DNA of 64,000 nucleotides from Candidatus Latescibacterota bacterium. Its GTDB lineage: Bacteria; Latescibacterota; UBA2968; GCA-2709665. Both the position numbers and the translations under genes were made by a program. The notes beneath the pieces were generated by a model, which made no database searches, was not told the origin of the DNA, and worked only from the letters and a program-made list of their open reading frames with translations. The stretch spans positions 5,376,001 through 5,440,000 of the forward strand of contig OZ244744.1 in assembly GCA_965219455.1 (NCBI GenBank), in the 5' to 3' direction. Below, piece after piece: positions 53,413 through 61,920 of the stretch (positions are counted from its first letter, which is position 1; each line of letters begins with the position of its first letter).

Positions 53413-54750
53413 GTGCGTTTACCTGAACACGCGAAATATCTGATCATTGGCGCCGGGGTGCACGGTCTGAGCACCGGATTTCACCTCGCGCAAGACTTGA
53501 AAAGGCGACGCCGGGGAGGCGGGTCTGACGTGCTGATTGTGGACAAAACAGGGGTGGCCGCGGGCGCTTCCGGCATCGCCTGCGGCGTCATCCGAAACAA
53601 CTATTACCAACCGGCCATGCGCGAACTGATGGCTCACAGCGTCCATATATGGGAAACCGATCCGGAGGCATTCAGTTATCACCCCGTTGGGTACATGCAG
53701 ATAAGCCCCGAGTCCATGCACGAGGATGTTGCGAGCATCGCTCAACAGCAGCGCAAAATCGGTTACGAATCTGAGTTTATAGAAGGAGAAGCAGACTGCC
53801 TGAAATATATGCGGGGGCTGTTTCACGACTGGCAGGCCAGGGGAATCACATCCGTTCTTCACGAAAAAAAGGGGGGATATGCCAACAACCGGACGTCGAT
53901 GATGGGTCTGGCCGACAAGAGCAGGAGCGAAGGCGTGGGGATTCTGGAAGGCGTTGCGGTGACCGGATTTAGGTACGATGGCGGTGCAATATCGGCGGTG
54001 GAAACGGATCACGGCGTGATCCGGGCAGACGAGGTTATCATTGCCGTGGGGCCGTGGGCGAAATTGCTCTGGGAAATGCTGGACCTGCCCACGTCGGTGA
54101 GCATTAAGGGTTCGGATGGCGCCATGCATCACGATATCCCGATGTGGAATTACTGGTGTCTTCAGGAAGGTACGCTGGGCGTGGACCCTCATTATCTCAA
54201 AACCAACGACGGCAGGATGCCTCCGGTGATTCATCTGGACACAGACGCACCGCTGTATTCGGACGTCGACGGTTCGCTGATTACGGATCGCCTGTGGGGA
54301 ATATATTACAAACCCGATTTCCACTTCGGGGGCGTGCAGGGAGGGGCTATGCCCTACAGGGTGGAAAGACCACCGGGCGAAGTTGCGGTGGACCCCTATG
54401 GTCCGGAATCTCCCGATTTTATCGTTGGCGACCAGTTCGCGCACCAGTGGTGTTCCGCACTGGCATTTTGTCATAAGCGGTTCGAAGGAAAGTCTCAACT
54501 CTTCAAAAAGGAGCCGTCCGGTGGCATCGGCGCGTTTACACCCGATAGTTTCCCGGTGTTCGACCGGTTTCACAAGAACTGTTACATCATTGCGGATTCC
54601 AACCACGGGTACAAGATGATTGGCGTGGGTAAGCTGGTGGCGGAGGAACTGCTGGGGCAACGCTCCCGTCTCCTGGAGCCGTTCCGTTTTTCCCGTTATG
54701 CCAAGGGTAGACTGCACCCGGTGTCCAACAGCCCGTTTCCCTGGAGTTGA
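53413..54750 (+). CDS. FAD-dependent oxidoreductase, sarcosine oxidase beta / N-methylglutamate dehydrogenase subunit A-like
   Basis: IIGAGVHGLS, ASGIACGVIRNNYYQP, FTPDSFPV, SNHGYKMIGVG, C-terminal SNSPFPWS. Confidence 0.8.
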   Translation: MRLPEHAKYLIIGAGVHGLSTGFHLAQDLKRRRRGGGSDVLIVDKTGVAAGASGIACGVIRNNYYQPAMRELMAHSVHIWETDPEAFSYHPVGYMQISPESMHEDVASIAQQQRKIGYESEFIEGEADCLKYMRGLFHDWQARGITSVLHEKKGGYANNRTSMMGLADKSRSEGVGILEGVAVTGFRYDGGAISAVETDHGVIRADEVIIAVGPWAKLLWEMLDLPTSVSIKGSDGAMHHDIPMWNYWCLQEGTLGVDPHYLKTNDGRMPPVIHLDTDAPLYSDVDGSLITDRLWGIYYKPDFHFGGVQGGAMPYRVERPPGEVAVDPYGPESPDFIVGDQFAHQWCSALAFCHKRFEGKSQLFKKEPSGGIGAFTPDSFPVFDRFHKNCYIIADSNHGYKMIGVGKLVAEELLGQRSRLLEPFRFSRYAKGRLHPVSNSPFPWS

Positions 54751-54920
54751 GATTCGACCGCGAGCATCCGGACACCCCGATGCCAGAGAGCGCCGATAAG
54801 TCAATCCAGGCCAGTGACGTCAATACGCCCGGCCCCTTGTTGAAATCCGGTTGCTGCATTTCGCGGCCACAAATTGGAAACCCGGTGGCCCGCTTCAGGA
54901 GCACACAGGGAGATGTACTG

Positions 54921-56168
54921 ATGCAACAACCCGACGTCCGGCGACGCATGCGGGTTCGGCAAACGGATTGGGGCGACGCTGTGCGTATCGATCTCAATCA
55001 ACTGGGCGCGCGGTTGCCATCGCAGGGAATGCAGGGCGCGACATGGTCGGAAGCAACCAGCGAGGCATTGCGGGACGAATGGTCGGAATCCCAGAACGAG
55101 GCGCTTTGCGACACGATGGCGGAGGTCGCCGCCAGATGGGGCGGGACCTTCGATTCGTTTGCTGAGTGGACGGTTTTGCACAACAAGCTGTACGACGGCA
55201 CCCACATGCGCGATGTGCGCCGGGCGCGGTTCAGCCACGGGTACCGCGCGGCGATCACGACACTCGGCTGGGCGCATCCTGAGACCAGACTTTCCACGTG
55301 TATTCAGGCAGTGGGTTATGTTCCGAAAGCCAAGGTGACGTTCGAGCAGGCCATGTGGCGGCCGGAATCACTGTACAATACTGAGTTTATGGCGCTTGCG
55401 CCTGCCGTGGTGACGCGGTTCGGCGGTGGCCGGCACGTCCACTTGTCGGGCGTTGTCGCGTGGGACGAGGAGATAAATCCGCAATTCGAAGGACAGCCGG
55501 AACGTCAGGTTTCCCGCGTGTTCGACCTCATTGAGGACGTCTTCCAGGAGGCGGGAGGATCGCTGGCCGACGTTGTGCGACTCCGCCCATTCGCTCACTG
55601 TACGAGGATTGCGAGACTCATCCGAGCGGAGGTCAGCCGCCGCTGGGCGGGCCATCCACGGCCCGTGGTGATGATGTCGGACAGCCGGCGCTTTGGCGAT
55701 CCCCCAAGGCTGTATGCGGAAATTCAGGTCATGGGGGTCATGTCGGACGGCCATAGTGGTGTGCGGCACTCGGAAATGGATCTTCCTGCCGGGATTCCTG
55801 ATGAGGGCGCCACGCGTATTCGCTTCAGTCGGGCTCGTGATTGGGAACTGATCCAGGTAGGCGAACTGCGGGCGCCGCCGGGTACGGACCCGAACCGGGA
55901 GGCCGAGCACGTCACCGGACAGATGGCCGCGGCCCTCGAACGAGTATCGCTTACGCGGAGCGATGTCTGTTTGACATTCGCCTACGTCAGTTCAGCGGAA
56001 GCTGCCACAGCTTTCCAGGAAGCCGTGACCCAGGCGGCGCCGATGGACACAGTGCACGTGTTGCCCTGTCCCGCAATGCCCGAACTGGAGGGACGACGTA
56101 TCAAGGTGGAGATGACGGCCAGAAGACGCCTGGCGCCGGTATCGAGGACGGGTTCCGTGCGCCCCTGA
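54921..56168 (+). CDS. Multi-domain Rid/YjgF (RidA-fold) protein
   Basis: LSGVVA...Q...VFD.I...GGSLADVVRL...EIQ; similar units before and after; RBS AGGGAG. Confidence 0.65.
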   Translation: MQQPDVRRRMRVRQTDWGDAVRIDLNQLGARLPSQGMQGATWSEATSEALRDEWSESQNEALCDTMAEVAARWGGTFDSFAEWTVLHNKLYDGTHMRDVRRARFSHGYRAAITTLGWAHPETRLSTCIQAVGYVPKAKVTFEQAMWRPESLYNTEFMALAPAVVTRFGGGRHVHLSGVVAWDEEINPQFEGQPERQVSRVFDLIEDVFQEAGGSLADVVRLRPFAHCTRIARLIRAEVSRRWAGHPRPVVMMSDSRRFGDPPRLYAEIQVMGVMSDGHSGVRHSEMDLPAGIPDEGATRIRFSRARDWELIQVGELRAPPGTDPNREAEHVTGQMAAALERVSLTRSDVCLTFAYVSSAEAATAFQEAVTQAAPMDTVHVLPCPAMPELEGRRIKVEMTARRRLAPVSRTGSVRP

Positions 56169-56294
56169 CGGTATCGGTTCCGTAGGGTCGTACAAGACAC
56201 GATTCTCGCGAACCATCCTGGAACGTTCTTCACCACAGACTGGTCTAATGCATAGAGTGCTGCATACCATCTGAACCCCCATAAGGGTCTGAAA

Positions 56295-57185
56295 ATGCGT
56301 ATAATGGCGGCGGGTTTGACGAAATTCTATCCGAAGGGGACCGTGCCTGCGCTGGATAGCGTCGACCTGGAGATCGGTCAGGGGACATTCGGGCTCCTGG
56401 GTCCGAACGGTGCGGGAAAAACCACGCTCATCAAGATTCTCTCAACCCAGATGGCGCCAACCACCGGGCAGGTAAGGATCGGTGCGTGGGATCTGCAGCG
56501 GAATCGTTCCGAAGTGCGTCGAAGGCTGGGTTATCTTCCTCAACACTTCGGGGCGTATCCGCAACTGACGGCGTGGGAGTTTCTGGATTATATGGACCGG
56601 CTGGCGGTCGGGCGGCGTCGGAGCGGGAGAAAGGCGCGGGTGCGGGATGCGTTGGAGAACGTGGGGCTCTACGATGTGCGCAACCGGCGGACCGGCACGT
56701 ATTCCGGCGGAATGATGCGGCGGCTCGGCATTGCGCAGGCCATCGTCGGTGATCCTGAAATCCTGGTTGTGGACGAGCCCACGGTGGGCCTGGATCCTGA
56801 AGAACGCATACGCTTCAGGGGGATCCTCGCCCGGTTGAGTCGAGACAGGGTCATCTTGATTTCCACCCATATTGTGGGTGATATTTCGAGTACCTGCGAT
56901 GATCTGGCCGTGCTGAATGCCGGACGGATCGTCTACAGGGGTTCGCCAGCGGCGTTAGTTGCTCGCGCGAATGGCAAGACCTGGCGCGTACAGGCGGACG
57001 ACGCCGGATTCGAGACAATCTCCAAACGGTTTCTGGTCGTGACGGTTGCCGTGGACGGTGGCCGGATGGATCTTCGGATCGTGGGCGATGGCCAACCACC
57101 CGCCAACGCGGAACCGGTTTCACCGAATCTTGAAGATGCGTATGTCTATTTTATGGGTAGTGAGAATCTGGAAAGGGCGGCGTAA
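56295..57185 (+). CDS. ABC transporter ATP-binding protein (ABC-2 type)
   Basis: [37 protein letters not shown]. Confidence 0.95.
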   Translation: MRIMAAGLTKFYPKGTVPALDSVDLEIGQGTFGLLGPNGAGKTTLIKILSTQMAPTTGQVRIGAWDLQRNRSEVRRRLGYLPQHFGAYPQLTAWEFLDYMDRLAVGRRRSGRKARVRDALENVGLYDVRNRRTGTYSGGMMRRLGIAQAIVGDPEILVVDEPTVGLDPEERIRFRGILARLSRDRVILISTHIVGDISSTCDDLAVLNAGRIVYRGSPAALVARANGKTWRVQADDAGFETISKRFLVVTVAVDGGRMDLRIVGDGQPPANAEPVSPNLEDAYVYFMGSENLERAA

Positions 57186-57197
57186 GTCGCATTGAGC

Positions 57198-60100
57198 ATG
57201 AATTCGGCTTTCACCATATTGTCGGTCGCCAGATACGAACGCAAATTGCTGATGCGGACGATCAGATTTCGCATTCTGGGCGGTATCGGCGTACTTATCC
57301 CCGTTGTTCTGGGCGTGGGCCTGGCCATCGCGGAAGCCCGAGGCGTTGAATTCGAGTCTGTCAGCGGAATCGGCGCCTATATGCCCTTTTTCGTCTACAG
57401 TTTCCTGCAGACCGTCGTGATTGCGTTTATCGTCGGAGATTTCCGCGCCGGCGATGAGCGCGCAGGAATCTACGAGGTGGTTGCGGCCCGGCCGCTGTCC
57501 ACGGCCGAATTGGTCATGGGCAAATACCTGGGTGTTCTGGGTGCTCTCATTACGCTGAGCCTGGTTGTGCTGGTGCTCAGCCTGGGGGTACACGCGGCCA
57601 AGATCAGTATTACCGGTGCGCCGTTTGCCATTCGACCCTATCTGGCGTACTTGCTACTGCTGAACCTTCCGGGGCTCGTTTATATGTCCGCCCTTACGTT
57701 TTTTCTTGGTGCGGTGTTGCGTCGACAGGCTGCAGTGACGGTGCTGACCATTGCTTACGTCCTGGTTGTGCTTTTGTTTCTGGGAAGCCGATACGGCGGT
57801 ATTTACGATTTCGGTGCATTTTTCGCCCCCGTGTTCTATTCGGATATGCTCGGTCTTGGCGATATCCAACGTGTCGTGGAAATCCGATTTTTCTATATGA
57901 TGGCAGCCCTGTTTTTCTTCGGTTTGTCAATCGACCGGTATCCGCGCCTGCCGCAGTCCCGGCCCTGGCGCAGGTTCGGCCGATGTCTGACCGCCGGCGG
58001 TTTCGTCGCCGCGCTGGGCGTGTTCCTGTATATGGAGAGCCGGGACGCGGCCGATCTCGAATACAGGTCGGCACAGTTGGAAGTTCAGGAAAGATATGCC
58101 GAACAGCCGGCCGCTGCCGTAACCCATTACGCGCTGGACCTGGACCTGGCGACAGACAAGGCGCCACTGCGGGGCACGGCGGTTCTGAAAGTCCTGAACC
58201 CTCATCCCGTGCCGCTGGATACCCTCGTTTTCTCTCTCAACCCTGGATTGAAATTGCGGTCTGTGGGCACACAACAGGGAGGAGGCGTTACTGTCAGATG
58301 GCGGCGCGAATATTCTACCGTGCGGGTCGCGCGACCACTCCAACCCGATAGCCTGGCGACACTGGTGTTTGTGTACGACGGTTCGATCGACCGCAGCGGA
58401 TTCGATCTGAGGCGTCATCCGGACGCAAGGCGTTTGCAGAAAAGGCGCGCCGGGCCGGGAAGAAAAGGTGATCTGACCGCCTGGATTCGCCGCAATTCCG
58501 TATTCCTGCCGCCACGCAGCAGATGGTATCCCTCACCCGGCGTGGACTACGGGCATCAGGACGGAAAACCCCTTTCCTTCGCCACCGCAGATCTCAATAT
58601 TTCACTTCCCGCCGGGCTGGAAGTTGTGACCCAGGGTGTGCCGGTGAACCGGAAACCAATGGGCGGACGGGAGACGCATACATGGAAAGTGGAACGCCCT
58701 GTACCTGTTCTTTCGCTCAACGCGGGCGTCTATCGTGTCTATCAGGCGGAAATCCATGATATCCAATGCGCCATTTACGTGCATCCGGCCCACGCCAGAC
58801 AGGTCACCTTCTTCGAAGACGCGAAGGACGATGCCCTCAATACACTCGGCGAAATCCTGGATAGTGTTGAGCAGGAAACCAGCCTGGCCTATCCCTACCA
58901 ACGCCTATCGGTCGTTGAGGTGCCATTCCAGGTACAATGGTATTACGACGGATGGGAGGAAGCCGGTGGATTGGTGCAGCCCGGTGTGCTGATGCTGGAA
59001 GAGGACGTCCTGATGCGGTTGAGGTTACGGCAGCGGTTGAAGTGGATGCAGCGACGGCAGCGGCGAAACGACGACCCTGCGAGAATCAAACGGGATTTGC
59101 TGGTCAGAACGATGCTGAATACGTTTCTGGCGCAGGAATCGTCTCAAAGTGGAATATACCGGAGTCCCGTTGCGCAACTCTGGTCGTTCAACAAGGGATT
59201 CGAAGGCGAGCACTATTCCCTGCTGAAACGCGGTATGCCTGTCTATATGCAGAAACATCTCCTTACCAATCTGCAACAGACATTCTATTCGCGGCGGGGG
59301 CGCTTCCGGGGGCGGTTCCGGCGTAGCAGGGGCGCACGCGGCGTCTCCTGGGATACGGTAACGGCCAGGATGCGGCAGCGTTCCTTTTCGGAACTGGACC
59401 CGAATGACGATGCGGAACTCTACCGGGCGGTCGTCGATGCCAAGGGCGCCTCCATGTTCGGCATGATGCAGGCTGTGGTTGGAGACGAGGCATTCAGGGA
59501 CGTGGTAAGCGGATTCGAGGAAGCGAATCGGCATGCGGGTGTCGACTTCGCTTCGTTTGAGCGGGCGGCTGTGGGAGATTCCTCGCGCCAGGTGAACAAA
59601 CCCAACCTGAATCGCCTGGTCCGCGACTGGCTGCACGGCACCCAGGTTCCGGGGTACACACTGACACGGGCAAAAGCATATAAAGCGGACGACGGGTGGG
59701 GTATGATGACGTACCAGGTCATCGTACGGATCCGTAACGGTGAGTCGGGTCGCGGGTTCGTCCAGATTCGAGCGATGGGTGCCGAGGACGAGGCGGTAAA
59801 GGGAGTCGAGATAGAGGGAGGGCAGGAAGTCGAGGTGGGGTTGATCCTCTGGGAGCGGCCCTCAAGGATAAGCGTCGAGCCCTTTTTTTCACGCAACCGG
59901 CGCGTCCTGATGGCGCCGCTGCGCATACCCGAGCAGCCGATGGACGGATCCGCCACGACCTACGTGAGGGAGGTTGCCCCGGATGAGACCGGATTGACCG
60001 AGATAATCGTTGACAACGATGATGAAGGCTTCGAGATGCCGGTCCGCAGGGTGCGGCGTTATCTTCGGCCGCAGTTGAAGGGCGACAACTGGCAGGAAAG

Positions 60101-60560
60101 GCAGATGCCGTTTTCCTTCGGCCGGTATGAGAGCAACTTCCGGTGGAAGAAACCCGGCGACGGCGCGCAACCGGCCGTCTGGACCGCCAGGTTGCCCCAC
60201 AGCGGGGATTACGATGTTTACTATTATTTCCTTTCCCACAGATTCTCCAGGCGTCTTCGCATGGCATCGGAATTCAATCTGGCCGTTTACCACGGTGGCG
60301 AGGTGGATACACTGGCGGTCGAAGCACACAAACTGAAGGCGGGCTGGAACGTCCTCGGACGTTACCGGTTCGAGGGTGGGGAATTGGCACGTGTCGAATT
60401 GTCCGACCGCGCCAACGGGCGGCTGTACGCCGACGCAGTGCGCTGGAGGTACGTAGACCCTGACCATCCGGAGGACGTATATGAAGAGGAACTTCCCAAC
60501 TGGAACTTCGGCCGCGGCCGGCGCGGTGGGCGCGGACAAAGCCGCGGAGGACGATGGTAA
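57198..60560 (+). CDS. ABC-2 permease fused to an M1-aminopeptidase-like domain and a C-terminal golvesin/Xly-CBD-like domain
   Basis: N-terminal TM helices with ARPLS....GK; HY.LDL, LNPGL, WYP, YPY..LSVVE; IIVDNDD.GF...SGDYDVY...GW..LG.Y.F...YADAVRW. Confidence 0.75.
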   Translation: MNSAFTILSVARYERKLLMRTIRFRILGGIGVLIPVVLGVGLAIAEARGVEFESVSGIGAYMPFFVYSFLQTVVIAFIVGDFRAGDERAGIYEVVAARPLSTAELVMGKYLGVLGALITLSLVVLVLSLGVHAAKISITGAPFAIRPYLAYLLLLNLPGLVYMSALTFFLGAVLRRQAAVTVLTIAYVLVVLLFLGSRYGGIYDFGAFFAPVFYSDMLGLGDIQRVVEIRFFYMMAALFFFGLSIDRYPRLPQSRPWRRFGRCLTAGGFVAALGVFLYMESRDAADLEYRSAQLEVQERYAEQPAAAVTHYALDLDLATDKAPLRGTAVLKVLNPHPVPLDTLVFSLNPGLKLRSVGTQQGGGVTVRWRREYSTVRVARPLQPDSLATLVFVYDGSIDRSGFDLRRHPDARRLQKRRAGPGRKGDLTAWIRRNSVFLPPRSRWYPSPGVDYGHQDGKPLSFATADLNISLPAGLEVVTQGVPVNRKPMGGRETHTWKVERPVPVLSLNAGVYRVYQAEIHDIQCAIYVHPAHARQVTFFEDAKDDALNTLGEILDSVEQETSLAYPYQRLSVVEVPFQVQWYYDGWEEAGGLVQPGVLMLEEDVLMRLRLRQRLKWMQRRQRRNDDPARIKRDLLVRTMLNTFLAQESSQSGIYRSPVAQLWSFNKGFEGEHYSLLKRGMPVYMQKHLLTNLQQTFYSRRGRFRGRFRRSRGARGVSWDTVTARMRQRSFSELDPNDDAELYRAVVDAKGASMFGMMQAVVGDEAFRDVVSGFEEANRHAGVDFASFERAAVGDSSRQVNKPNLNRLVRDWLHGTQVPGYTLTRAKAYKADDGWGMMTYQVIVRIRNGESGRGFVQIRAMGAEDEAVKGVEIEGGQEVEVGLILWERPSRISVEPFFSRNRRVLMAPLRIPEQPMDGSATTYVREVAPDETGLTEIIVDNDDEGFEMPVRRVRRYLRPQLKGDNWQERQMPFSFGRYESNFRWKKPGDGAQPAVWTARLPHSGDYDVYYYFLSHRFSRRLRMASEFNLAVYHGGEVDTLAVEAHKLKAGWNVLGRYRFEGGELARVELSDRANGRLYADAVRWRYVDPDHPEDVYEEELPNWNFGRGRRGGRGQSRGGRW

Positions 60561-61684
60561 TTAATTATGTAACAAGGATATATATCCTTTTAGCGAGGTG
60601 CGTTTTGAATCGACGACTCACTGAATTCTACATGCTATTCATCGGTATTTCTTCGCTGTCGGGCTGCGGCGGGCAAACCGAACAGCGGTCCGTCGATCTG
60701 ACCGTCCCCGTTACGGTTCAGGCGGTACGGCTGGACACTATGGAAGCGACGGTGGGGGCCACGGGCACGCTCCGGTCCTCTAAAGAAGCTCGAATTCTAA
60801 CCGAGGTCGAGGGTATTCTTCGATTTGTCGCACGGGACGGCGGGGGAAGGCCGGCGGAGGGTATGCGGGTAACCCGAAACCAGGAAATCGCCCGTCTGGT
60901 GAACAAGGAACTCGTAGTGAATGCCCGCATTGAATCCCGGTCGCTTGCCAGGTCCGCTGCGAAGCGAACGCTTCGTGAACATGAAGTACTGGTTGAACGC
61001 AAGCTGGGTACGGAGAAAGATCTCGACGAAGCACGCCGCGCACTTGCCGAGGCCGAATCAAATTATGAAGACGCCCTCGTTCAGATCGCCAAGACGACGA
61101 TTCGTACACCAATCACCGGCTTTCTAACGGGATTGGCCGACATTACCGACGGTACACTCGTAGAAGCCCGTACGACCATTGCGACGGTGATGGATTACAG
61201 CCGTGTGTTCGTCGACCTTAAGATACCGAACGCCCATATCTCTTCGGTTTCGCCGGGTCAGGTTGTGCGTGTGGAGAACTATGCCCTGCCCAACCGGTTG
61301 TTTCTGGGGACCATCAAGGTGGTGGATCCGGCGATCGATCCGACGACCCGTACGTTCCGGGTGGTGGGGGTTGTGAAGAATCCGGACCTGATATTGCGGC
61401 CGGGCATGTTCGTGAAAGCGGAGATTGTCACGGAGTCACACGAAAACGCGGTGGTGATCCCGCGCCTCTTTGTCCTGACCCGCCAGAATCGCAAGGTGGT
61501 GTTCGTTGAAGAGGAGGGGAGGGCGCAGATGCGCAACGTGGTATTGGGGTTGGAGGGGTCGGAGCGGGTCGAGATTCTCGAGGGGCTTGAACCGGGGGAG
61601 CGCCTCATTACCAGCAACTACGAGACCCTGCGGCCCCGTACGCGCGTACGGGTAACCGGCGAGGGAGTGCCGGGGCAGCGATAG
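60554..61684 (+). CDS. RND efflux periplasmic adaptor (MFP)
   Basis: Lipobox-like LSGC, TIRTPITG, IDPTTRTFRV, LRPGMFV, EGLEPGE; start uncertain. Confidence 0.9.
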   Translation: MVINYVTRIYILLARCVLNRRLTEFYMLFIGISSLSGCGGQTEQRSVDLTVPVTVQAVRLDTMEATVGATGTLRSSKEARILTEVEGILRFVARDGGGRPAEGMRVTRNQEIARLVNKELVVNARIESRSLARSAAKRTLREHEVLVERKLGTEKDLDEARRALAEAESNYEDALVQIAKTTIRTPITGFLTGLADITDGTLVEARTTIATVMDYSRVFVDLKIPNAHISSVSPGQVVRVENYALPNRLFLGTIKVVDPAIDPTTRTFRVVGVVKNPDLILRPGMFVKAEIVTESHENAVVIPRLFVLTRQNRKVVFVEEEGRAQMRNVVLGLEGSERVEILEGLEPGERLITSNYETLRPRTRVRVTGEGVPGQR

Positions 61685-61920
61685 TTCCAGGGGCCGGATG
61701 TACCCGATATGTGGACCCGCAACGAATTCGAAAGATCCCGTCCGCGCCGATATATCAACAGAAAAAAACCTGTGAGTTCTCGTTTGGACCCCTCTGGGGC
61801 CCAGGGACTGCGTATGGGCCTTCCGGAGGGTTATTTTTGGCCCAACGCGTCGGGGCTCACATTCGTATGAGTATCCGGCAATAAAACACCTGGATAAACT
61901 TCTATCAAAGAGCTGATACG

